Made by a program: the position numbers and the translations under genes. Positions 47,313 through 54,043 of a stretch of 64,000 bases of DNA are shown here, piece by piece. The notes below the pieces were generated by a model. It ran no database searches, had not been told where the DNA came from, and saw only the letters and a list, made by a program, of their open reading frames with translations. Source of the DNA: Patescibacteria group bacterium (GTDB lineage: Bacteria > Patescibacteriota > Patescibacteriia > UBA2591 > JAQUPP01); contig JAQUPP010000001.1 of NCBI GenBank assembly GCA_028716665.1, forward strand, positions 282,860 to 346,859. The letters run 5' to 3'. Numbering within the stretch: the first letter of the stretch is position 1; every line of letters begins with the position of its first letter.

Positions 47313-49001
47313 TTAATTTACAAGTTTTACAAATTTCAAACTTTTCTTTCCGATTTTCAGGAAATAAATTCCTGAATTAATCGTTTTCCCTAACTCATCT
47401 TCGCCATCCCAAACTGATTCTTTCGGCGATAATTTTTTGACAACCCTTCCGGATATGTCATAGATAGTCGCTTCCGATTCTGAACCCATATTTACAATAT
47501 GCAGTTCTTTTTGGAATGGGTTTGGCCAAACGGAGAAATCTGTGGTTATCTGAATTTTTTCTTCCGTTTCTGCGATGCCGATAATTTCTTCATCCGATGT
47601 CCAGCTAAAATTGTCTAAACAAAAACAATTTTGCGGTATGGGAAATTGTCCCCTGAATTCAACTGTGACGATAGTATCCATTCTTGGAGTAAAAAATTCT
47701 CCTTTTTTGCCCGTATATCGGAAAGTTTTTCCTTTGTTATCAGAAATTACAATCGTATCTCCATCTGCCAAATCAAGATAATTGAAATGAAATCTTGTGC
47801 CCTTGATTCCGCCATTTGAGAAACAATAATGTTTTTCTTTAATCGTGTCATTGATAGTAGGATTCCAATATGGATGATAATAATCATCCGACCGACCAAA
47901 GTACCAATAATATGGGAAATTATTAGTTTTCAGATACTCGTCCCAATTGGTATTTACACTGGATGAAAGCCCATTATAAGTCGTATCGTAATTTCTAGCT
48001 GTCTGCGGGAAATAAATACCAATTACTTCTTGAAGTTTTTGTGAGGCTGGATCATAAACAATCATCTCATCAATATCTTTGACGATGTTATTAGCTATTG
48101 CTCTGATTGAAACAGAAAGTAATGGATCATCGCGAAGTTTTATAGCAAAACTTCCCAATCTTGTTCTTTCGTTAATATATCCTACGTCGTTAATTAGAAT
48201 TTCATCATCGATAATTTGTTGTTTAACACTATCTGATTCTGTTTTTAGAATCAATGCTAAACTGTTAATATCCTGAGTTAATTGATCTATTCCCGAAGTT
48301 TTGATTGCCGAGAATCCATCTGTCTTAGCAAGCGCTACGGCCAAACTTTCTTGACACCAAGATGGATTTTCAAGCAGTCTAATGAAATAAGTCAATCTCT
48401 GGGGGGCATTAGCAGTTGTCCAGCAACCTACTGTCAAATCTACGAGACTTAATAATTCTTGTTGAACTTCCCACTGCTGCATCTGACAGGCCATTAATCC
48501 GAGAATATTGATGTTTTGACCGATTGCTTGTTTTACTCCCGTAATCGCTGTTTTAAATCTTTTATTGGGAATACTCATCCAATCAAAAGGATTTTTATCC
48601 TGAATGATACCATGCCAATTACAGCCATGGCCGTAGAGTATTAGGGCATATTTAGATGTGGTACCCATTTTTTGAATCGCCGCTTGCGAAAATTTTATCA
48701 GTTCGTTTTCATCAGCCATATTAATTTCAGAATCAATAATTTCTTCTACTGATGAATCCCCAAATAAATAATATCTTCGAGTTGGTATGCTGTCGTCAAA
48801 AGCATCTATTTCTATGGCGACATTTACTGGATAAGATTTACCCACGAAATCCATATTACTAATTATGGATTTACAATATTTTTCAGTAATTTCTTGTAAA
48901 TTACCATCCCCACAGATATAGAAAAGCATTGTCCAATCTGCTGTTGCTTTTGGTGTAAAGTTAGAAACTTGTAATAAAATTGTAAAGAACAGGTTAAACA
49001 T
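47313..49001 (-). CDS. Secreted clostripain-like (C11, clan CD) cysteine peptidase with a T9SS-type C-terminal sorting domain
   Basis: 'WTMLFYICGDGNLQ' C11 N-terminal motif; catalytic His 'LILYGHGCNWHG' and Cys 'LGLMACQMQ'; C-terminal 'WPNPFQKELHIVNMG..ATIYDISGRVVKKL....GIYFLKIGKKSLKFVKLV' resembles the Por_Secre_tail domain; SD 'aagggggat'. Confidence 0.7.
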   Translation of the reverse strand: MFNLFFTILLQVSNFTPKATADWTMLFYICGDGNLQEITEKYCKSIISNMDFVGKSYPVNVAIEIDAFDDSIPTRRYYLFGDSSVEEIIDSEINMADENELIKFSQAAIQKMGTTSKYALILYGHGCNWHGIIQDKNPFDWMSIPNKRFKTAITGVKQAIGQNINILGLMACQMQQWEVQQELLSLVDLTVGCWTTANAPQRLTYFIRLLENPSWCQESLAVALAKTDGFSAIKTSGIDQLTQDINSLALILKTESDSVKQQIIDDEILINDVGYINERTRLGSFAIKLRDDPLLSVSIRAIANNIVKDIDEMIVYDPASQKLQEVIGIYFPQTARNYDTTYNGLSSSVNTNWDEYLKTNNFPYYWYFGRSDDYYHPYWNPTINDTIKEKHYCFSNGGIKGTRFHFNYLDLADGDTIVISDNKGKTFRYTGKKGEFFTPRMDTIVTVEFRGQFPIPQNCFCLDNFSWTSDEEIIGIAETEEKIQITTDFSVWPNPFQKELHIVNMGSESEATIYDISGRVVKKLSPKESVWDGEDELGKTINSGIYFLKIGKKSLKFVKLVN

Positions 49002-49131
49002 TTTATCCCCCTTTGTTTGAAAATGACCCTTTTTCGAGTCATTTATTGCCAAGCGAGCGAGGGAAAAGAAAATTTATTTTCTTTTCCGAGCGAGCGCTGG
49101 CAACACAGGGTCTAGTACCCTTTATAAATTA

Positions 49132-49160
49132 ATCTTAGCATAAAATTTTGATTTTGTCAA
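49132..49160 (-). promoter_or_regulatory. Conserved-family promoter on the minus strand (TTGACA-N17-TAAGAT) driving the C11 peptidase gene
   Basis: Reverse-complement of 49155-49160 is TTGACA; spacer 'aaatcaaaattttatgc'. Confidence 0.5.
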
Positions 49161-49213
49161 TCCCTTAAAAGATCGACAATAAAGCCTTTTCAGGGTTAAA
49201 AAGAAAAAGGGGG

Positions 49214-49242
49214 CTGACAAAACCATTAAAATATGCTTAAAT
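49214..49242 (+). promoter_or_regulatory. Conserved-family promoter (CTGACA-N17-TTAAAT), divergent from the previous one
   Basis: 'gggggctgacaaaaccattaaaatatgcttaaatga'. Confidence 0.5.
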
Positions 49243-49285
49243 GATAATAGTTGAACTAATAAGATTTATTATTTATAAAAATATT

Positions 49286-51343
49286 ATGCGCAATAAAATG
49301 AAGTCCGCCAAAGCCCTTGGCAAAAGTGGAAAAAAATTAATTTTATCTTCAAAACTTATTTATTTTCTGGTTTTTTTATTTGTTATTTGTTTGGGAATAG
49401 AAAGAGCGGGAGCAACCGTGCCGAGTCAATATATTATTTCCGACAAAGCGATAAAAATGGGAAATACCACGCCCTTGAAAATTTTTAATTTAGGCACTCC
49501 GGAAGAATCCACGGATGCCACGACAAAACAATATGTTGATTCAATTGCCACGGGCACGGGCGCGATTGGTCTTTGGATGTCCAATGGTGTTGATATTTAT
49601 AATAATAATTCCGGCAACGTCGGTATCGGATCAACAATACCTTCTGCCAAACTGGATGTTGCGGGAGATATTCGTTCAAAAGGAATTTCAAGTTTTCTCA
49701 TAAATACTCAGAATGAGGGTATTGCAATTTTATATCCCGAAACTGCCAATACATATACCCGAATCGGTCCGACCGGTTTTTCTCCAAGTCTTGCAAGCGG
49801 CGCAGATGATTTGGCAATTGTTGGTAAATTGGAAGTAGCGGGAATAGGTTATTTTAACTATAATGTCGGTATCGGAACAACCGGACCAACGCATCATTTG
49901 GAAGTTATTGAGAGAAATGATGGATATGGAGATTGGAGTCATGGTGTTTTGCCTTTTCAACCGGCGGGTGTTTTTATTCAAGCCAGCAATGTTAATTCAG
50001 CCGGTCTTTATGGCGAAGGTTATACTCGAGGTGTTTGGGGAGTGGCGCGAGCCAATGGAGGAAGTGGCTATGGTATTTTGGGAGAAATGGGAAGCGGAGA
50101 ATGCTCTTGGCCTCTTGATGATGCAACGGGTGGCGCTATTGTTGGTGTGACTAATTGTTCATCAGGTAATTCTGGGGTAGCAATAAGGGCAACTGTATTA
50201 ACCGGTGTTGAAGGGTATGGCATTTATTCTCAAGGAAATTTAAGTAAAAATTATTTTGAAGGCAATGTCGGTCTTGGATCGACAACACCGGCCGCTGATT
50301 TGGATATTAACGGTAATGCTCAATTGAATATTCTTTATGATCGCGTTAATTCAAATTATCATCTTGATCTTGGCGCAAATACATTTACCAGTTCTTTGAC
50401 TGTTGCCGGTAATATTGGTATTGGCGTGACGAATCCCGGATATAAATTAAGTATGGCTGACACTGGCAGTTATATTGGGGCGAGTTTTAAATTTGGCGGA
50501 TCTTATGTTCCGGTAAATATAGTTGGCGGTACAAATGTGGGAGCCTATTGGCGTGAAAATTTTATTGGTTCAAATATTGATTTAGATACGACTACTGGAA
50601 AACCCAAAACCAGTGTAAATGGTTATCGAGGAGGAGCGATCGGATTTGCTCCCGATCCCGGGCAAGGACAAATTCATTTTTTTACCAATGCGGGTTCTAC
50701 TGCCGGAACGGTCTTGTCTGAAAGAATGGTTATAGACAGCGCGGGTAATGTCGGTATTGGAATGGCGCCTTCGTACATACTTGATGTTACGGGCGGTCAT
50801 GGAGCAAAAGTCGCAAGATTTACGGGAGGCACCAGCGGAGATAAAAGTTTGTATATGTATGCGGATAGTGGCGGCTCCGGCATAACTGATGCGGATACTT
50901 ACAAAGAATTAATTTATCTTAAGCCGGCGGATAATTCTATAAATTTTTACAATAATGGCAGCGGCCCGAACGTGACGATAAATGCTACCGGCAAAGTCGG
51001 TATCGGAACAACCGCGCCGAATTCCACTCTTCATGTTAATGGTTCTTTCACGAGAGCAATAGTAACCAAAACTTCAACTTATACGGCAACCGCTTCGGAC
51101 GATATTATATTATGTGATGCATCCGGAGGAGGTTTTGTAATTACTCTTCCCACCGCAGTGGGTATTGCCGGAAGAGAATATACGATAAAAAAAATAGACA
51201 GTTCAGCAAATCAGTGCGGTTATACCACGACATCAGGTCAGACAATAGATGGAGTTGCGCTGACTTATCAATTAGGCACTCAATGGCAGACAAGAACAAT
51301 GGTTTCAGATGGAACGAATTGGATAAGATTGTCAAATATTTAA
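49286..51343 (+). CDS. Large tail-fibre-like surface protein (~685 aa) with GNVGIGTT repeats
   Basis: Signal/TM; 'IFNLGTPEESTDATTKQYVDS' tail-fibre-like N-terminal motif; repeats; the ORF-track start at 49241 overlaps its own promoter. Confidence 0.65.
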   Translation: MRNKMKSAKALGKSGKKLILSSKLIYFLVFLFVICLGIERAGATVPSQYIISDKAIKMGNTTPLKIFNLGTPEESTDATTKQYVDSIATGTGAIGLWMSNGVDIYNNNSGNVGIGSTIPSAKLDVAGDIRSKGISSFLINTQNEGIAILYPETANTYTRIGPTGFSPSLASGADDLAIVGKLEVAGIGYFNYNVGIGTTGPTHHLEVIERNDGYGDWSHGVLPFQPAGVFIQASNVNSAGLYGEGYTRGVWGVARANGGSGYGILGEMGSGECSWPLDDATGGAIVGVTNCSSGNSGVAIRATVLTGVEGYGIYSQGNLSKNYFEGNVGLGSTTPAADLDINGNAQLNILYDRVNSNYHLDLGANTFTSSLTVAGNIGIGVTNPGYKLSMADTGSYIGASFKFGGSYVPVNIVGGTNVGAYWRENFIGSNIDLDTTTGKPKTSVNGYRGGAIGFAPDPGQGQIHFFTNAGSTAGTVLSERMVIDSAGNVGIGMAPSYILDVTGGHGAKVARFTGGTSGDKSLYMYADSGGSGITDADTYKELIYLKPADNSINFYNNGSGPNVTINATGKVGIGTTAPNSTLHVNGSFTRAIVTKTSTYTATASDDIILCDASGGGFVITLPTAVGIAGREYTIKKIDSSANQCGYTTTSGQTIDGVALTYQLGTQWQTRTMVSDGTNWIRLSNI

Positions 51344-51443
51344 ATTTAAGATATTTTAAAAGGGTGGGTCGGTAATGGGCTTGCCCTTTTCTTTTTGTAA
51401 AGCTGCAAATTAATTCCTAAAGCCTAAAAAGATAATAACGGGC

Positions 51444-51472
51444 TTGACAAAACGTCTAAAATATGCTTAAAT
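51444..51472 (+). promoter_or_regulatory. Conserved-family promoter (TTGACA-N17-TTAAAT; alternative TATAAT at 51475)
   Basis: 'acgggcttgacaaaacgtctaaaatatgcttaaatgatataat'. Confidence 0.5.
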
Positions 51473-51560
51473 GATATAATAAATAGCTTGAACAATAATG
51501 TTTAGCTAAATAAAACTCGCCTACGCTTAGAAAGTTACGGCGTGGCAAGAAGGAGGAAAA

Positions 51561-52436
51561 ATGTTCTTTAAAATTTTACTAATTGTAGTTTTATCGGTTT
51601 TATTATCAGGATCTGTTTTTTCACAATCTGATTGGGTAGGAGTAGATTCAAATAATGCGCCATCAGCTATTAAAGCGCGTTATTCAAAGGATTGGTTTCG
51701 CAACACAAATACTGTAGAGATTTCTCAAGAACACGGGAATCTTTTTAACAGCCGGCAAAGCCTAAAAATCACCTATATATCAGGGAATATGCAATGCGGG
51801 GACTGTATGTTTATGAAAGTGTTTAACCCGCCAATTCAGATTCAAAGTGATACTCTTTTTTTGAATGCCGAGATTAAAGGTTTCCAAAATGACGATTCAG
51901 TTTATCAAATCAGGGTACATCCCTTCATGTTAAATAATGATAGTATTTTTGAGGCCGACAATTCCATGTGGACAGATACGTCTTGGACACAAGAGGAATG
52001 CGGGCCATTCAGGAAAGAATACAATTATGGTCTTTTTCCTAGAACGATAGATACTCTATTTTTTACTATTAACATATTGGTAAATGATGTTTCTAATCCT
52101 TATGGTATTTACATGGATAATATTTGGTATCTGGACTCTAATGGGGAACAGGTTATAATTGATTCTTGTGGAGAAGATATTGCCGCGGAAGAACCGGGGA
52201 AAATAAAGGATTTAGTTTCTGCTTTCCCAAATCCGTTCTACGATTTTTGCAAATTCAATGCGCCGGCAAATTCTTTGATTGAGATTTACAACCTCAGCGG
52301 TCAAAAAGTTAAGATGATTAAGAATTTTTCTTGGAACGGCCGGGATGAAAATGGCAAAAAATTGCCAAGAGGAATGTATTTTGCAAGTTTTAAAATTGGC
52401 GATAAAACTATGGTGAAGAAATTAGTTTTGATATGA
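51561..52436 (+). CDS. Secreted protein of unknown function with a T9SS-type C-terminal sorting domain
   Basis: Signal peptide; C-terminal 'FPNPFYDFCKFNAPANSLIEIYNLSGQKVKMI...GMYFASFKIGDKTMVKKLVLI'; strong SD 'aggaggaaaaatg'. Confidence 0.6.
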   Translation: MFFKILLIVVLSVLLSGSVFSQSDWVGVDSNNAPSAIKARYSKDWFRNTNTVEISQEHGNLFNSRQSLKITYISGNMQCGDCMFMKVFNPPIQIQSDTLFLNAEIKGFQNDDSVYQIRVHPFMLNNDSIFEADNSMWTDTSWTQEECGPFRKEYNYGLFPRTIDTLFFTINILVNDVSNPYGIYMDNIWYLDSNGEQVIIDSCGEDIAAEEPGKIKDLVSAFPNPFYDFCKFNAPANSLIEIYNLSGQKVKMIKNFSWNGRDENGKKLPRGMYFASFKIGDKTMVKKLVLI

Positions 52437-52566
52437 TGATTACTTATTATGTTGCGGGCAGGATGAAAACCTGCCCGTTTTTTTATTCATATAAAAATGT
52501 AAATATTTTATGTAGAAATTAGTAAATAATAAAACGTAGTATTCATCAGTATTCTAGGTGAGGGGC

Positions 52567-52595
52567 TTGACAAAAATCAAAAAATATGCTAATAT
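52567..52595 (+). promoter_or_regulatory. Conserved-family promoter with extended -10 (TTGACA-N17-TGcTAATAT)
   Basis: 'aggggcttgacaaaaatcaaaaaatatgctaatattta'. Confidence 0.55.
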
Positions 52596-52599
52596 TTAT

Positions 52600-52880
52600 A
52601 TAGAAAATAAAATAAATTCTTCACTTTTCTGTCTATCAGCGACAAAACCAGTCATCCCTCCTAACTGGGAAGTAGTCGCAATTCAAGGTTGATCTTGTTT
52701 GTCAAGCGTAGGCCTTGGGCTGATAGACATAAAAGTGGAGGATTTAAGGGAAGAGGTCATTGGCCTTGCCCCGTAGTGAACTGAGCTTGTCGAAGTTCTA
52801 CTACTGGGGTTCAAATCCAATGGCGGGTATTTGTACAAAGTTCATTTAAAATTAAAAACTAAAAAAGTAGTTTCGAAGAA
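52600..52880 (+). ncRNA. Candidate structured non-coding RNA or long structured 5' leader (~280 nt) with no plausible ORF
   Basis: 11-bp long-range helix tgtctatcagc (52631-52641) / gctgatagaca (52718-52728) enclosing nested hairpins gcgac...gtcgc and ccagt-catccctcctaa-ctgg (CCUCC loop); T-loop-like 'ggggttcaaatcc'; lies downstream of a strong promoter. Confidence 0.4.
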
Positions 52881-52897
52881 GAAGGAGGAGGACAAAG

Positions 52898-53002
52898 ATG
52901 CCAGGAATGAATTATCTGATAGTAATTTTAATAATTTTTATATTAGTAATTCATTTTACATTAGAGAATAGAAAAAATAGGAGAAAAAGGAGGATAAAAT
53001 GA
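52898..53002 (+). CDS. Small hydrophobic peptide (34 aa) whose stop overlaps the next start (ATGA)
   Basis: Strong SD 'gaaggaggagg' 6 nt upstream; 'MPGMNYLIVILIIFILVIHFTLENRKNRRKRRIK'. Confidence 0.4.
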   Translation: MPGMNYLIVILIIFILVIHFTLENRKNRRKRRIK

Positions 53003-53373
53003 AAAAACTTTTGATAGTAATGGGTATATTAGTGATATGTCTTTTTGCAGGGTGTACACAAACTCCAACACAGGTGACAACCACGCCAGAGTCAAAAATA
53101 GTGGAATTTCCCGATCTTGACATAACCGTTACTTTTTATTATGCCAAACCAGGAGAATTGCCAAAGATTAAAATAGATAATCATAATGAAAATGGCGCAG
53201 ATGTCCTGATTGAGAAGGAGACAAATGAATATGAGGAGTGGCTAAATGTCTTTCATGAAAACATAGGAGGAAATTCCTCGGTTATTAAAAACAAAGAATT
53301 CATACCAGGGAAAAAACACAAAATAACCATTAAATGCGAAGAAGTTACTCGAACAGGATATGTAACTCCGTAA
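52999..53373 (+). CDS. Lipoprotein of unknown function
   Basis: Signal peptide with lipobox 'LFAGC'. Confidence 0.5.
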   Translation: MKKLLIVMGILVICLFAGCTQTPTQVTTTPESKIVEFPDLDITVTFYYAKPGELPKIKIDNHNENGADVLIEKETNEYEEWLNVFHENIGGNSSVIKNKEFIPGKKHKITIKCEEVTRTGYVTP

Positions 53374-53438
53374 TAATAAAGAGCTCGAGATTTTAATCAA
53401 GTAAGATTAAAATTGAGAGCTCTTTTTTCTTACAAAAA

Positions 53439-54032
53439 CTAATTGTATAAACTCATGGTTTTTTCTATTCCTTGTTCCAGAGCCGCAGAGATTGCTTCAA
53501 CAGTTGATTCTTCTGTTTGTTTGAGAAGTTTTTTTTCGCCGACAGAGAAATTTTTTAAAACTAAATCCATAGCTTTCTCCGACGCTTTGGTCGGAGTCCC
53601 GACCCCTTGGCGTCGGGATTGATTTTGAGCGGAGTGATTAATGCCGATTCTGAATCTGACGAAATTTTTCGTTTTTAAATTATCAATAATTGACTGAACG
53701 CCATTATGACCGGCAGACGAGCGATTTATGGAAATCCGAATTTTTCCCAATGGCAAATCCATATCATCATGAATAACCCACAGATTGGAATTTGGAATTT
53801 GGAATTTAGAATTTAGAATTTTAACCGCCAGTCCGGATTCGTTCATAAATGTGGTTGGAATAACCAAACAAACTTCGCCTTTTTTTGAGATTTCAGCTTT
53901 AAAATTTTTGTTCAATTTGAAAGTTGGAAAATCAAAAGTTTTGGCAAAATCCATTACTATTTTTTGCCCGATATTATGGCGGGTATTTTTATATTGTTCG
54001 CCCGGATTTCCCAGACCGATAATAAAAATCAT
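53439..54032 (-). CDS. pth: Peptidyl-tRNA hydrolase carrying an in-frame ~14-aa repeat-element insertion
   Basis: 'IIGLGNPGEQYKNTRHNIG', 'PTTFMNESG', 'HDDMDLPLGKIR', 'GHNGVQSI', 'RFRIGI'; insertion 'SAQNQSRRQGVGTPTKAS' encoded by the double-hairpin element (53577-53620); heptamer tandem (5 units) at 53786-53823. Confidence 0.85.
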   Translation of the reverse strand: MIFIIGLGNPGEQYKNTRHNIGQKIVMDFAKTFDFPTFKLNKNFKAEISKKGEVCLVIPTTFMNESGLAVKILNSKFQIPNSNLWVIHDDMDLPLGKIRISINRSSAGHNGVQSIIDNLKTKNFVRFRIGINHSAQNQSRRQGVGTPTKASEKAMDLVLKNFSVGEKKLLKQTEESTVEAISAALEQGIEKTMSLYN

Positions 54033-54043
54033 AATATTTATTA

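Noticed and set aside
49241-49285. ORF-track start of the third fibre gene at 49241
   Set aside because: That start lies inside its own -10 element (49237-49242). The ATG at 49286 ('MRNKMKSAKAL...' followed by a TM/signal segment) is the plausible start
52600-52880. tmRNA / RNase P RNA / SRP RNA identity for the structured non-coding region
   Set aside because: It has 'gggctgata' and a T-loop-like 'ggggttcaaatcc'. It lacks a 5' GGGG acceptor strand pairing with a 3' ...CCA end, has no tag-peptide reading frame ending in ALAA-like residues, and shows neither the RNase P P4 motifs nor an SRP domain-IV GGAA/AGCAG motif
3072-53831. CRISPR array interpretation of the short tandem repeats
   Set aside because: Units are 7 bp and directly tandem without spacers. 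Copies lie inside conserved coding sequences in frame. There are no cas genes
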